Counted from the first letter of the stretch, positions 1 through 11,041 are shown. The stretch is DNA of 64,000 bases from Spirochaetia bacterium (GCA_963677595.1 OY782041.1:3840001-3904000); one strand, 5' to 3'. Translations and numbers: made by a program. Notes: generated by a model from the sequence alone, not told the origin.

Positions 1-1921
1 AGATGGACTTGGCAGGGGTGAGATGCTTACCTCCCTCGTCAGCCATCCCGCCGTATGGAGTAGGGATACACAGTCGGTCATGAGCCATATCGACCCGAGA
101 TTCGGGGATGCTGCTGAGTTCACGGAACCCACCTATTATATTGCACCGAACATCACGGTCGTGCAGGAGCACGGAGTCGTGGAGATCATGCGGGGCTGTC
201 CCAACGGCTGCCGGTTCTGCCATGCCGGTGAGTACTATCGGCCGTATCGCCAGAAGGATATACCGACGATCATTCGTGAGGTCGAGGGGAATATACATAA
301 ATACGGGTACCGGGAGATCACGCTCTCCTCGCTCTCTACCGGTGATTATCCCCACCTGGACAAACTCATCGAGTCGCTCAACCGTCGCCACCTGAAGAAC
401 CATGTCTCGTTCTCACTGCCTTCGCTCAAAGTGAACACCTTCACGCTCCCCGTCCTCAAGGCAGTCTCCACGGTACGGAAGAGCGGTCTTACTTTTGCCA
501 TAGAGACACCGGAACAGGCCTGGCAGTTCTCCCTGAACAAGGAGGTCCTCTGCGAGGACATCATCACGATCACCCAGAAAGCCAAGGCTCTTGGCTGGAA
601 CCTGGCCAAGTTCTACTTCATGACCGGCCTCCCGTTCACCGACCGGGAAGCTGAACCTGAAGCCATCGCCGGGTTCCTCTCCAGGATCTATCAGGCGACC
701 AGGATCAAGATGAACATCAACATCGGGACCTTCGTCCCGAAACCCCATACACCCTTCCAATGGGTGGAGCAGTTCGACCCCATGGAAGCCCATGAACATC
801 TGAAACGCATCAAGGCACTCCTCATCAAGGAGATCCCCCATGTGAAGGTGAGCTTCCACGAATCTTTCACCTCCTTCATCGAGGGCATGATCTGCCGCGG
901 TGATGAACGGGTAGGGGATATCGTCGAACGAGCCTACCGTGATGGAGCCCGCCTGGATGCCTGGGAAGAGCATTTCGACAGGAACATCTGGAAGGAAGCT
1001 ATCGCTAGTGCCGACTGGGATGTCTACGGTGAGTCCTGCAGGGCGAGGGCCCTCGATGAGCGTCTTCCCTGGGAGAAGGTCTGCGTCGGCGGCGGTTCCG
1101 GTTTCCTGAAGAAGGAGTTCAAGCTAGCCGAGTCCCAGATGGTTTCAGAGATCTGTGAGTCCGACTGCACCCATCTCTGCGGTATCTGTAATCCCAAACA
1201 GGAGATAGCCGTACGTGATGCGAAGAGCGTGAATGACCTCTTCCTCGATGACTATGTACCTGAACCGGTTCGTGACGAGAGGTATGTCCATATCATCGCG
1301 ACCTATGCCAAAACCGGCAAGTCGACCTATTACTCCCATATAAACATGATGAAGATCTTTGAGCGCATGTTCCTGCGTCTCTCCATACCGATCGAGTTCA
1401 CCCACGGCTTCAACCCGAAACCACGGCTCGAGTTCGCTTCCCCGCTCCCCATGGGTATCACCGGGGAGGAGGAGATCATGTTCTTCAGGGTCCCGGAATC
1501 CTTTGAGGAGCAGCTGTTCTCAGAGGAATTCATCCCCGAATGCAGCAGATCGCTGCCTGAAGGTATCACGGTCAACTCAGTATTCTGGAAGGGGGATGGC
1601 CACAAATCGATCTCTGCAGCCTACAGCGGTTCCCAATACCGGTTCACCGCAGAGAACGAAGAAGACCTATCGAAGCTGCATGCGTTGTTTGCCCGTGTCA
1701 TCGAGGAACATCCGAATGTATCGTTGGATTCCCAGGAAGGCTACTCTGTCACGGTGACGATCCATGAAGGGAAGGGGCTTACCGGGAACATCCTCAAGGC
1801 TATTGACCCCATCATGGCGAAATATGATTTCCTGAGCACCTACAACGCAGAACGACTGCACCTGCTCGCCAAGGGAGAAGGGGTCCTCCTGACAGAGTTC
1901 CTCTCAAAACCTGCACACTAA
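1..1921 (+). CDS. B12-binding radical SAM protein fused to radical SAM-linked (DUF2344-like) domain; 5'-truncated by window
   Basis: RGCPNGCRFC CxxxCxxC motif, FVPKPHTPFQW, C-terminal YYSH..GFNPKPRLEFASPLPMG; frame is open back to the window edge. Confidence 0.88.
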   Translation, partial: DGLGRGEMLTSLVSHPAVWSRDTQSVMSHIDPRFGDAAEFTEPTYYIAPNITVVQEHGVVEIMRGCPNGCRFCHAGEYYRPYRQKDIPTIIREVEGNIHKYGYREITLSSLSTGDYPHLDKLIESLNRRHLKNHVSFSLPSLKVNTFTLPVLKAVSTVRKSGLTFAIETPEQAWQFSLNKEVLCEDIITITQKAKALGWNLAKFYFMTGLPFTDREAEPEAIAGFLSRIYQATRIKMNINIGTFVPKPHTPFQWVEQFDPMEAHEHLKRIKALLIKEIPHVKVSFHESFTSFIEGMICRGDERVGDIVERAYRDGARLDAWEEHFDRNIWKEAIASADWDVYGESCRARALDERLPWEKVCVGGGSGFLKKEFKLAESQMVSEICESDCTHLCGICNPKQEIAVRDAKSVNDLFLDDYVPEPVRDERYVHIIATYAKTGKSTYYSHINMMKIFERMFLRLSIPIEFTHGFNPKPRLEFASPLPMGITGEEEIMFFRVPESFEEQLFSEEFIPECSRSLPEGITVNSVFWKGDGHKSISAAYSGSQYRFTAENEEDLSKLHALFARVIEEHPNVSLDSQEGYSVTVTIHEGKGLTGNILKAIDPIMAKYDFLSTYNAERLHLLAKGEGVLLTEFLSKPAH

Positions 1922-1939
1922 CTGAACCATCGAACAGGA

Positions 1940-1977
1940 TGCCAATCGATCATGCCTTATCGTATGACCGATTGGCA
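1940..1977. terminator. Hairpin between convergent genes
   Basis: tgccaatcgatcat / atgaccgattggca inverted repeat with one mismatch; no U-tract. Confidence 0.5.
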
Positions 1978-2022
1978 ACTTGCTGGCTATACCACAGGTG
2001 TAAGATCGAGCAGGTCCAGTGA

Positions 2023-2844
2023 TCACAGCTTCTTGGCTTTCTCCCAGTATTCATCCATCTGCTCGAACGAGGCTTCGGTGAATTCCTGGCCGGTCTCCTC
2101 AGAGTAGAGCACGACCATGTCATTGTAGCGTTTGATGAATTTCTCGTTCGTCTTATGGAGGGCTATGTGGGGACTCTTCTTCAGCAGCCTGGAGATGTTC
2201 ACCACAGAGAAGAGCAGGTCACCGATCTCTTCCTCTATATTCACATGGTCATCCTGTCCGATCGCGGCTTTGAGTTCATGGAGTTCTTCATCGACCTTGT
2301 CGATCGCCCCTGTAGCGTCAGGCCAGTCGAATCCTTTCTTCCGTGCAATCTTCTGGATCTCCTCAGCACGTTCCAATGGCGGGTAGGATTTCGGGATCTT
2401 CTTATAAGGGTTCTCGTGGGAGGTCTTCTTTCCCTCGACATTCTCCTTGATCGCATCCCACAACTTGATGACCTCCTCAGGGTTCTCTGCGCTCTCATTG
2501 TCGAACACATGGGGATGACGCCGGATGAGTTTCTCGGTGGTATTGTCAAGGATCTCAGGAAGGTTGAAATGGTTATCTTCCTCATACATGATCGCGAGCA
2601 TCGTGATCACGAGGAACATATCGCCGATCTCTTCCTTGCAGTTCTCCAAATCATCGTTATGGACGGCATCGATGAACTCATAGGCTTCCTCGATGATGTT
2701 CTTATAGAACGACTTCGGTGTCTGCTTCTGATCCCATGGACATCCGCCCGGAGCCCGTAAGGTGCTCAGGACATCATAGAGACCGATGAACGACCGGCTG
2801 ATCTTTTCCTTGTGATTCTCATCAATGTTTGTTCTTGCTTCCAT
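2023..2844 (-). CDS. mazG: Nucleoside triphosphate pyrophosphohydrolase MazG
   Basis: LRAPGGCPWD, EEAYE, KLIRRHPHVF, GFDW, EEEIGDLLF; two MazG domains. Confidence 0.95.
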   Translation of the reverse strand: MEARTNIDENHKEKISRSFIGLYDVLSTLRAPGGCPWDQKQTPKSFYKNIIEEAYEFIDAVHNDDLENCKEEIGDMFLVITMLAIMYEEDNHFNLPEILDNTTEKLIRRHPHVFDNESAENPEEVIKLWDAIKENVEGKKTSHENPYKKIPKSYPPLERAEEIQKIARKKGFDWPDATGAIDKVDEELHELKAAIGQDDHVNIEEEIGDLLFSVVNISRLLKKSPHIALHKTNEKFIKRYNDMVVLYSEETGQEFTEASFEQMDEYWEKAKKL

Positions 2845-2960
2845 GTCTCATCCTTTATGATCTAAATATTACAGAATATACATTATTTAAAGTAATTAAT
2901 ATATTGCTATAGATTTTCATTTTCTCTGATTTTCCAACATCGCAAATCCATCCACACGGT

Positions 2961-3647
2961 CTACAACTCGTTCGTGTCGAAATACCCGAGATGTGCAAGA
3001 TTGGAATAGTCGAAGTTCGGGCTGTAGTCCGGATTCCTCACGAAGTACTCGATATAGAGATGCAGGTACCTGCCGCCGCCGCTCGATGTTAGCAATGCAC
3101 CCTTGTTCTCATTATAGAGAATCTGTCCTGTTGTACTCCCGTTCACCCCAATAGCAGTTGTATTTGTCTCCTCGTACAATTCGAACAGAAAATACTTGTT
3201 ACTTCCATCGATGACATATGACAGATGGACGTTAACCTTCTGGTTCGGGTCATCGATCTCGAGTTTCGGGGTATTCTCACTCCAGGTGGAATCAAAGACA
3301 TTCTTGACCTCTGTCCTGAATCCGGACAGTCGTGTGAGGTCAGTGTTCTCATCACTGGTTTCAGTATACTCATAATAGATGTTGAAACCGAGATGAGTCT
3401 GTGAGAAATCGATGTCGGTACTATCGATCCCATCATCATAGGATAGGTCGCCTGTCATCGGCGGGAATCCCGTGGCGGAGAATTCATAATCTATGTCATT
3501 CATGGACCTGATGTCGACCGGTATCGGGTTCGGTATCCCGCAGGATGATAAAAAAAAGACAATAGCCAGTAAGACAGGGAGGATCAGGTTTCCTGACCTC
3601 CCTACTCTTCCGGTATTGTCTTTCTGAATACGATGTCTATTCATCAT
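2961..3647 (-). CDS. Hypothetical lipoprotein
   Basis: Basic N-terminus, hydrophobic stretch and lipobox-like FLSS|CGIP; start taken at ATG 3647, just after the upstream stop. Confidence 0.65.
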   Translation of the reverse strand: MMNRHRIQKDNTGRVGRSGNLILPVLLAIVFFLSSCGIPNPIPVDIRSMNDIDYEFSATGFPPMTGDLSYDDGIDSTDIDFSQTHLGFNIYYEYTETSDENTDLTRLSGFRTEVKNVFDSTWSENTPKLEIDDPNQKVNVHLSYVIDGSNKYFLFELYEETNTTAIGVNGSTTGQILYNENKGALLTSSGGGRYLHLYIEYFVRNPDYSPNFDYSNLAHLGYFDTNEL

Positions 3648-3652
3648 AGGGT

Positions 3653-4327
3653 TCAGTCTAAAGCAATCAACCGTACCTGTGCAAGTTTTGACCATTCAGA
3701 GGATGGATAATCGGTCAGCAGCTGTTCAAAAACAGCCACAGCAAGATCAGTGTCCCCATTCGTCTCGTAGATACGACCGATGCTGAACAGTGCGTGTGAT
3801 GCCTCGGCAGACGAGTCTGCAAAGGTATCGACGAGGGTCTGGTACCTGTCGAGTGCAGCTTCTGAATCGCCTGACATCTCTAACGATACCGCCTCATTCA
3901 TCAGTGCAGTCGAGGCAAGATAGCCCTCACTGTAGTCTGTACGCACGGTGTTAAAGTATTCAGCTGCCGCCGTATACTCTTCTTGCGCATAGCTGAGGAG
4001 ACCGAGCAGGTAGGAAGCCTTCATGTTCGGATAGCTGTTCTTCGTCCCCGAGACGATCGTCTCTAGTTCCGCAGCTACCTCATCAGCTTTCGTACCAAGT
4101 TCTGCATCATCATCAGCAAGTGCTGTCCATGCAGTGTAGTTCTCTTCAGCAGTCTCAACTGCTGCCATCCACTTCTTCTGTGAGCTCTTGCTCACTGCCG
4201 TGGTGATCCCGATGATCACCACAATTGCGAGTACCACTGCACAGACGATCAGGATGACTTTCCTGTTAGCCTGTATGAACCCGGACAGTTTCCTGTCTAA
4301 TGTCTTCTTCTCTTCAACCTTCGCCAT
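3653..4327 (-). CDS. Membrane-anchored tetratricopeptide-repeat protein (YfgM-like)
   Basis: N-terminal TM helix followed by TPR motifs (ASYLLGLLSY, ALFSIGRIYE, YPSSEW). Confidence 0.8.
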   Translation of the reverse strand: MAKVEEKKTLDRKLSGFIQANRKVILIVCAVVLAIVVIIGITTAVSKSSQKKWMAAVETAEENYTAWTALADDDAELGTKADEVAAELETIVSGTKNSYPNMKASYLLGLLSYAQEEYTAAAEYFNTVRTDYSEGYLASTALMNEAVSLEMSGDSEAALDRYQTLVDTFADSSAEASHALFSIGRIYETNGDTDLAVAVFEQLLTDYPSSEWSKLAQVRLIALD

Positions 4328-4354
4328 TATGCTACCCTACCCAAGTAAAATCGA

Positions 4355-6064
4355 TTAATTGTCGCCGTTGTAATCTTTCTCCTTGAGCAGATCAGCAAAC
4401 GTGAATGTATCGTCGTCATCATCATCGTGGATGTACTTGGACATCTCCTGTCTCTGGTTCTTACGTACCAGCTCCTTGATGGAGAGAGAGAGCTTCTGTG
4501 CATGGACGTTCACATCGGTGACCATTGCGGTTACTGCATCGCCTGCCTTGAATTTCTCAAGGACTGCATCAGTATACTCCTCTTCAGGCCCGATGAGGTT
4601 GTACTTCGAGATCAGCCCCTCGATATCGCCGATGACCCGTACGAATACGCCGAAATCGGTCACGCTGGTGACTTCACCATTGATGACGCTGCCCTTGGGG
4701 TATTCCTGTCGCAGTGTCTGCCAGGGGTTGCCCTCAAGCTGCTTGACGCCGAGCCTGATCCTGCGGTTCCTGGTCTCTACCCTGGTGACGACGACCTCGA
4801 TCACATCACCTTCCTGGCAGAAGGAACTCATGTTCTTCATCTTCTTGGTCCAGGAGATATCATCCATGTGGAGGAACCCGTCGATCCCCTCTTCGAGGTT
4901 GATGAATGCACCTGAATTGGTGACTTTCACGACCTTGCCGGAGAGCCGGTGTCCCATGGGATACCGTTCAGCGATCGAATCCCAGGGGTTCTCCTCGACC
5001 TGCTTGATCCCGAGTGAGATCTTCTTGTTGTCGAGGTCATACCCAAGGATCTTGGCTTGAACAGTATCGCCGATGCTCAGGATCTCCTTCGGATGTGATA
5101 TCCTGCGAACCCATGAGAGTTCTGATATATGTGCGAGCCCCTCGATCCCTTCTTCGAGTTCGATGAACACGCCGAAATCGGTCAGTTTCGTCACTTTCCC
5201 CTCGATCACGTCATCTACCTGGTACCTGAGGTCGAAACTCATCCACGGGTCCTCGGTGAAATGCTTCAGTGAGAGGTTGATCTTCTGTGATTCTGGGTCG
5301 ATGTTGATCAGCTTGAGGGAGATCTTCTGTCCCTTCTTCACGAAGTCCTTCGGTCGGGTCACATGGCCCCAGCTCATATCGTTGATATGGAGCAGGCCGT
5401 CGAAGCCGCCGAGGTCGATGAACGCGCCGAATGAGGTGAAGCTCTTCACTTCGCCTTCCACGACGTCGCCTACCTGTACGGTATTGAAGAACTCGGTCTT
5501 CCGTTCCTGGATAGCCTTCTCGAGGTAAGCTCTCCGGGAAAGGACTGATTTCAGCTTCTTCCCGGTATGAAGCTTGTCGATGATGAAGAAATCCTTGATC
5601 CCGATATAGGTCTCTGGATCCTCTACCCTGACGAGGTCAGCTTTTGAGAGCGGGCAGAATCCCCTGATATCATAGAGCAGGTCGATCTCGAAACCACCCT
5701 TGATGACCTTCGCGAAGGTCCCCTCTACCGGTTCACCGTTCTCTGCTGCTTCCTTGAGCTTGTCCGACCTGATCTTCCCATCTGCTTTCTTCTTGGAAAC
5801 GATAATCTGGCCGCCGCGCCCCTCTTTATTTACAATCACCACCTGGACAGTGTCACCTGTCTCGGGGGTATCTGTGAATTCATCTAATGGTATGCGTCCT
5901 TCAGACTTATAACCTACGTCCACGAATACGAACTCGTTATTCACCTGAACCACTTGACCGTCAACTAGCTGGCCATCTTCGATTCCATCAAGAGATTTGA
6001 GATATTCTTCCTGTAAAAGGTTCTGCATTTCGTTTGTCTTCTCGACATCTTGTTCGGTTGCCAC
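4355..6064 (-). CDS. rpsA: 30S ribosomal protein S1
   Basis: Six S1 repeats (FGAFIDLGGFDGLLHI, FGVFIELEEGIEGLAHISELSW); downstream of cmk. Confidence 0.97.
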   Translation of the reverse strand: MATEQDVEKTNEMQNLLQEEYLKSLDGIEDGQLVDGQVVQVNNEFVFVDVGYKSEGRIPLDEFTDTPETGDTVQVVIVNKEGRGGQIIVSKKKADGKIRSDKLKEAAENGEPVEGTFAKVIKGGFEIDLLYDIRGFCPLSKADLVRVEDPETYIGIKDFFIIDKLHTGKKLKSVLSRRAYLEKAIQERKTEFFNTVQVGDVVEGEVKSFTSFGAFIDLGGFDGLLHINDMSWGHVTRPKDFVKKGQKISLKLINIDPESQKINLSLKHFTEDPWMSFDLRYQVDDVIEGKVTKLTDFGVFIELEEGIEGLAHISELSWVRRISHPKEILSIGDTVQAKILGYDLDNKKISLGIKQVEENPWDSIAERYPMGHRLSGKVVKVTNSGAFINLEEGIDGFLHMDDISWTKKMKNMSSFCQEGDVIEVVVTRVETRNRRIRLGVKQLEGNPWQTLRQEYPKGSVINGEVTSVTDFGVFVRVIGDIEGLISKYNLIGPEEEYTDAVLEKFKAGDAVTAMVTDVNVHAQKLSLSIKELVRKNQRQEMSKYIHDDDDDDTFTFADLLKEKDYNGDN

Positions 6065-6087
6065 GTGTACTTCTCCTGATCCTTAAT

Positions 6088-6726
6088 TTACCTTAAGTCT
6101 TTAATCTTTTGTACTACTTTCTCACAAACTTCATCTATGGTCAAGTACGATGTATCTATATAATAAGCATCATCTGATACCTTTAGAGCCCCAAAAGCTT
6201 TCGTCCGGTCGATCAGGTCCCTTTTCTCGATCTCCTGCTCGATCTCTTCGAGTCTCAATTGGGTATCTTGTTGTTTATACCGTCTTTTTGCTCTTATTTC
6301 AATAGAAGCATCGAAATAAAATTTGAGATCGGCATCGGGAAAGACCACCGTCGTGATATCCCTGCCCTCTACGATGATATCGTCGTGACGTGCAGCCTCA
6401 CGAAGGAGCTCGTTCACGATCTTCCTGATCGGTATGACTGCCGAGATCCTCGCCACATGGCGGTCGATCTCATCGGTGTGGAGCAGGTCCTCAACATCCT
6501 TCCCGTTGAGGTACAGCCGTCCCGACTGCAGTGAGATCCTTGCCTCTCCTGCAGTCGTCACGAGAGATGCCTCATCATAGGGATCCCTCCCGTTCTGCAG
6601 GTGGTCGAGGGCTATCGCCCGGTAATAGTTGCCTGAATTCACATAATAGAGCCCGCCCGCATCCGCGATCCTCTTCGCTATGGTGCTCTTGCCGACGCCA
6701 GCCGGTCCGTCTATCGCTACGATCAT
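6088..6726 (-). CDS. cmk: Cytidylate kinase
   Basis: IAIDGPAGVGKST, VEGRDITTVVFPDA. Confidence 0.95.
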   Translation of the reverse strand: MIVAIDGPAGVGKSTIAKRIADAGGLYYVNSGNYYRAIALDHLQNGRDPYDEASLVTTAGEARISLQSGRLYLNGKDVEDLLHTDEIDRHVARISAVIPIRKIVNELLREAARHDDIIVEGRDITTVVFPDADLKFYFDASIEIRAKRRYKQQDTQLRLEEIEQEIEKRDLIDRTKAFGALKVSDDAYYIDTSYLTIDEVCEKVVQKIKDLR

Positions 6727-7454
6727 GTCCTGTTTCCTCTCAGTATTGATGCTTTCTCTTCTTCTGTCATCGGACGGTATGAGCCTTCCGGGAGGGCCCC
6801 CAGGCGTATCTGTCCGATCCGTATCCGGTGCAGGCGCCTGATCCGGTATCCGAGGGACCGGCAGATCCTCCGGATCTCCCTGTTCTTCCCCTCCCCGAGG
6901 ACGAGCCGTACCGTATGGCTATCGGTGATGGTGAATGCCCTGATCCTGAGCTGTTCGCCATCATCAATGATGCCCTCAGTAAGGACCCGGTCGAAGTCAC
7001 GCTTGAGTATATCCTCTTTGACGGTGACCACATACTCCTTCTCGACCTCGTAACTCGGGTGGCCTACCCGCTGGGCGAACGCCCCGTCATTGGTATAGAT
7101 GATCAGCCCGGTGGACTCCAGGTCGAGTCTCCCCACATGGAAGAGGGAATCCCGGTCCTCAGCATGTATGAGATCCCGCGCGAATCGGTCATGGTGCGGG
7201 TCTGCGTTGCTCGACAGGTAGCCTGCAGGCTTGTTCAGGATATAATAGGCTTTGGGGACAGGCTGCAGCACCTCACTCCTGTACCGTACGACATCACCCT
7301 CCTCTACCTTGAAGCCAGGTGTCGTAACCGGTTCACCATTAATTGAGACATCGCCGTCTGCTATATAGGCTTCACATGCCCTTCGAGACCCCAGCCCGCA
7401 GGCTGCCAAGTACTTCTGCAGGCGGACCGGGAAGGAGATTGGAGCATCACTCAT
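6723..7454 (-). CDS. rluB: rRNA pseudouridine synthase (RluB/RsuA family)
   Basis: RLQKYLAACGLGSRR S4 domain, VGRLD catalytic motif, EGKNREIRR; follows scpAB. Confidence 0.85.
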   Translation of the reverse strand: MSDAPISFPVRLQKYLAACGLGSRRACEAYIADGDVSINGEPVTTPGFKVEEGDVVRYRSEVLQPVPKAYYILNKPAGYLSSNADPHHDRFARDLIHAEDRDSLFHVGRLDLESTGLIIYTNDGAFAQRVGHPSYEVEKEYVVTVKEDILKRDFDRVLTEGIIDDGEQLRIRAFTITDSHTVRLVLGEGKNREIRRICRSLGYRIRRLHRIRIGQIRLGALPEGSYRPMTEEEKASILRGNRT

Positions 7455-8010
7455 CCTCATACTCCTCCTCGAGAAGGAACCGTTCCTCATCGATCTCACT
7501 GAGCTTCGGCAGTGATGAGATACTCGAGAGGTTGAAGTTCTTGAGGAACTTCTTCGTCGTCCCGTAGAGCGCGGGCCTCCCAGGGCCCTCCTTGGTGCCG
7601 GTGATCCGGATGAGGTCCTTGTCCTTCAGGATCCTGAGGATGTTCTCGGATGAGACTCCCCTGATCGCCTCGATCTCCTTGCGGGTGATTGGCTGTGAAT
7701 AGGCGATGATCGACAGGGTCTCCAGGGCGGCCCTGGTGAGCCGCTTGTCGATCTTCCTGGCATACCGCTCCTTGAGGTCAGGCCAGAGGTCCTTCTTGGG
7801 GAGGAACTGGTACTCACTCCCCCGTAGGACGAGCTCGATGCCATGCTCTGAATCCCTGAAATAGTCGGTAAGTTCGGTCAATGCCTGTGACACATCAAGG
7901 ATGGTGTACCCAGAGAACTTCGCAAGCTGTTCAAGAGTGACAGAATCCGTCTCCAGGAAGAGGATCGCCTCGACCATCCGTGCACATGTCGATAACGCTG
8001 CTTCACTCAT
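7447..8010 (-). CDS. scpB: SMC-Scp complex subunit ScpB
   Basis: LTRAALETLSIIAYSQPITR, IRGV, PGRPALYGTT. Confidence 0.95.
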   Translation of the reverse strand: MSEAALSTCARMVEAILFLETDSVTLEQLAKFSGYTILDVSQALTELTDYFRDSEHGIELVLRGSEYQFLPKKDLWPDLKERYARKIDKRLTRAALETLSIIAYSQPITRKEIEAIRGVSSENILRILKDKDLIRITGTKEGPGRPALYGTTKKFLKNFNLSSISSLPKLSEIDEERFLLEEEYEDE

Positions 8011-8803
8011 CACGCATCTCCTCCTGAAGCTGTTCGGCAAGCGACCTCTCCCCGTCACGCCGCTTCAGCCTGATCTCCCCGAACATCCTGTTCTGGAAGA
8101 GGATGATCTTCTTGAACTTGACGGCCTCGAGGATGGCGAGGAACGCGCAGATCACATCTAAAGGGGATCCCTCCCTGACGATCAGGTCCACGAACTCGAT
8201 CTCCTCGCGTTCGGCGAATAACTCGTCCATGAGGACGAGTTTCTCCTTGACCGACACCTCCTCGTAGATGTTGAAAATCCTCTCCGGCGATATGTTCGAC
8301 AGGAGTGAGGAGAATGTCTTGAGCAGGTCCCAGACGTCGATCTCGTCCCAGAGTTCCTCATCATTGAACGGGAGGGCGTTCTGGTGCTTGTTCCGGATGA
8401 AGTAGTAGTCATCCTGGGAATAGTTATCCTCGATCAGCTTGGCATATTTCTTGTACTTATGGTACTCGATGAGCCGGTCGACGAGTTCCTTGCGGGGGTC
8501 GTCGAACTCCTCGTCGAACTCGATCTCGACCGGCAGCAGCATCCTGGACTTGATGTAGATCAGGGTGGCCGCCATCGTGTAGAAATCGGTCAGGTTATCG
8601 AGGTCTATATCCTTCGCGAGCTTGAGGTATGCAAGGTACTGGTCGGTGATCTCCGCGATCGGTATATCGTAGATGTTCACCTCTGACTGCTGGATGAGGA
8701 AGAGCAGGAGATCGAGCGGTCCCTCGAAGGTGTTCAACTTGAACTGCTTCTTCTCCTGAGATCCTGTTTGTTCGGCTGTCTTGAGCTCCAGACCCTCTTC
8801 CAT
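8003..8803 (-). CDS. scpA: Segregation/condensation protein ScpA
   Basis: FEGPLDLLLFLI, MAATLIYIKSRMLLP, FLAILE. Confidence 0.95.
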   Translation of the reverse strand: MEEGLELKTAEQTGSQEKKQFKLNTFEGPLDLLLFLIQQSEVNIYDIPIAEITDQYLAYLKLAKDIDLDNLTDFYTMAATLIYIKSRMLLPVEIEFDEEFDDPRKELVDRLIEYHKYKKYAKLIEDNYSQDDYYFIRNKHQNALPFNDEELWDEIDVWDLLKTFSSLLSNISPERIFNIYEEVSVKEKLVLMDELFAEREEIEFVDLIVREGSPLDVICAFLAILEAVKFKKIILFQNRMFGEIRLKRRDGERSLAEQLQEEMRDE

Positions 8804-8814
8804 TCCCGGTTACT

Positions 8815-9870
8815 CTACTCCTCTACCGTCTCGACCGTGTACCGGTTCGGGAACATGAGCATCCGCAGATTAGCCTCGAGGTCACTGATGATCTCCGGGT
8901 GGCTGAGCAGGAACTCCTTGGCATTTTCCTTGCCCTGCCCGATCTTGTCATCCCCGTAGGAGTACCAGCTGCCGCTCTTCTGGATGAGCTCATACTTGAC
9001 GGAGGCATCGAGGATGCTCGCCTCATAGCTGAGACCCTTGCCGAAGATGAGTTCGAGTTCGACCTTCTTGAACGGCGGTGCCATCTTGTTCTTCACGATC
9101 TTCACCCTGATCCTGTTCCCGATCGCATCATCCGCACTCTTCGAGAGGGTCTCGATCTTCCGTACTTCCATGCGGATCGAGGAGTAGAACTTGAGGGCGT
9201 TCCCGCCGGTAGTCGTCTCCGGGTTCCCGAACATCACACCGATCTTCATCCTGATCTGGTTGATGAAGACGATGCTGCAGTTCGATTTTGACAGGATACC
9301 GGTCAGCTTCCTGAGCGCCTGGCTCATGAGCCTTGCCTGGAGCCCCATATGGGAATCACCCATCTCCCCGTCGATCTCAGCCTGCGGCGTGAGGGCTGCG
9401 ACAGAGTCCACGACGATGATGTCGATCGCCCCGGAACGGATGAGTGACTCGGCGATCTCAAGTGCCTGCTCGCCGGTATCGGGCTGTGAGATCCACAGCT
9501 CGTCGATATTGACCCCGAGATTCCGTGCATAGGAAGGATCAAGCGCATGCTCCGCGTCGATGAAGGCGGCAATGCCGCCCTGCTTCTGGCATTCTGCGAT
9601 AGCATGGAGGGCCAAAGTCGTCTTCCCTGAGGATTCCGGTCCGTAGACCTCGATGATCCTGCCCTTGGGGTAGCCGCCGATGCCGAGGGCCTCATCGAGC
9701 AGGATGGATCCTGACGGGATGTAGTCGATGGATGTGTCTACAGCCCGGTCACCGAGCTTCATGAGCGAGCCCTTGCCGAACTGCTTCTCGATCTGCAGCT
9801 TAGCTGATTCGAGAGCCTGTATCTTGTTCTCCGGCGAAGCCGGCATGGTCTGTACGTTCTTCTTAGCCAT
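8815..9870 (-). CDS. recA: Recombinase RecA
   Basis: [35 protein letters not shown]; GGAGG RBS. Confidence 0.99.
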   Translation of the reverse strand: MAKKNVQTMPASPENKIQALESAKLQIEKQFGKGSLMKLGDRAVDTSIDYIPSGSILLDEALGIGGYPKGRIIEVYGPESSGKTTLALHAIAECQKQGGIAAFIDAEHALDPSYARNLGVNIDELWISQPDTGEQALEIAESLIRSGAIDIIVVDSVAALTPQAEIDGEMGDSHMGLQARLMSQALRKLTGILSKSNCSIVFINQIRMKIGVMFGNPETTTGGNALKFYSSIRMEVRKIETLSKSADDAIGNRIRVKIVKNKMAPPFKKVELELIFGKGLSYEASILDASVKYELIQKSGSWYSYGDDKIGQGKENAKEFLLSHPEIISDLEANLRMLMFPNRYTVETVEE

Positions 9871-9932
9871 GTATTCCTCCGATAGTTCTGCTTACTATAC
9901 TATAACAGAAAAAAAGCTATTTTGATTGCGTT

Positions 9933-10376
9933 TTACCGGGAATCCAACAGAATAGTTACCGGACCGTCGTTGGTGTAGGAGACATCCATATGATCCCCGA
10001 ACGAACCGGTCTCCACCTGGAGTGCATAGTCCTCCTCGAGCAGCTGCTTCATCTCCCGGTAGACCCCAACAGCCTCGGCTGGATCCATCGCTCGGTTGAA
10101 GGAGGGCCTGTTGCCCTTCTTCGTGTCAGCACAGAGGGTGAACTGGCTGATGAGCAGGACACTGCCGCCGGACTGTGATACCGAGAGGTTCATCTTTCCC
10201 TCCCCGTCGGTGAAGATCCTCAAGCCGGCGATCTTACGGGCCATGTAAGCGAGGTCTGAGGGCGTATCGCCAGTCTCGACCCCGAGATAGACGAGCAGGC
10301 CCCGCTCGATCCGTCCGGTCGAGCGTCCTTCGACATGGACCTCAGCATCGATGACCCGCTGTACGACTGCCTTCAC
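9933..10376 (-). CDS. dtd: D-aminoacyl-tRNA deacylase
   Basis: MKAVVQRV, SQFTL, NDGPVT. Confidence 0.96.
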   Translation of the reverse strand: MKAVVQRVIDAEVHVEGRSTGRIERGLLVYLGVETGDTPSDLAYMARKIAGLRIFTDGEGKMNLSVSQSGGSVLLISQFTLCADTKKGNRPSFNRAMDPAEAVGVYREMKQLLEEDYALQVETGSFGDHMDVSYTNDGPVTILLDSR

Positions 10377-10378
10377 TG

Positions 10379-11041
10379 TTAGGCTTCTACCATCCTGCGT
10401 ATGAAATCGGCACGGTCCTCTGCATAGAAGAACGCACTCCCGGCAACGGTGACATCAACACCAGCGGCCTTCACGGTACCGATGGTATTCATGTTCACTC
10501 CCCCGTCCACGGAGATCAGGTAGTGGTACTCCTCGTGGACCTCACGAAGCTCATAGAGCTTATGTGCCTTCCGGATGCAGTTGTCGATCATCTGCTGGCC
10601 GCCGTAGCCGGGGTTTACCGTCATGACGAGCAGCAGGTCGAGTTCGGGGAGCAGTTCTTCGATCATGTAGAGCGGTGTCGAGGGGATGATGGAGATCCCG
10701 ACCTTCTTACCTGTCTGCCGGATCTGCTGGATAACCCGGTGTGCATGGGTCGTCGACTCGACATGGAAGGTGATATAGTCCGAACCTGCAGCGGCGAAGG
10801 CCTCGATATGGGTCTCCGGGTGCTCGACCATCAGGTGCGTGTCGAACACGAGGTCGGAATGGGGTCTCAGGTCCTCGATGAACTTGTGCCCGAAGCTGAT
10901 GTTTGGTACGAAATTGCCGTCCATGACATCAAGATGTACCCAGGTGGCGCCTGCTTCGCTGATCGAGGTCACCTCAGATACGATGTTGGAAAAATCTGCT
11001 GATAACACAGATGGGGCTACGATTATTTGATGTTCTTTCAT
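10379..11041 (-). CDS. rpe: Ribulose-phosphate 3-epimerase
   Basis: APSVLSADF, HLDVMDGNFVPN, MTVNPGYGGQ, VDGG. Confidence 0.96.
   Translation of the reverse strand: MKEHQIIVAPSVLSADFSNIVSEVTSISEAGATWVHLDVMDGNFVPNISFGHKFIEDLRPHSDLVFDTHLMVEHPETHIEAFAAAGSDYITFHVESTTHAHRVIQQIRQTGKKVGISIIPSTPLYMIEELLPELDLLLVMTVNPGYGGQQMIDNCIRKAHKLYELREVHEEYHYLISVDGGVNMNTIGTVKAAGVDVTVAGSAFFYAEDRADFIRRMVEA

Noticed and set aside
9871-9932. SOS box upstream of recA
   Set aside because: No recognisable LexA palindrome; only an extended -10-like TGtTATAGT and an RBS
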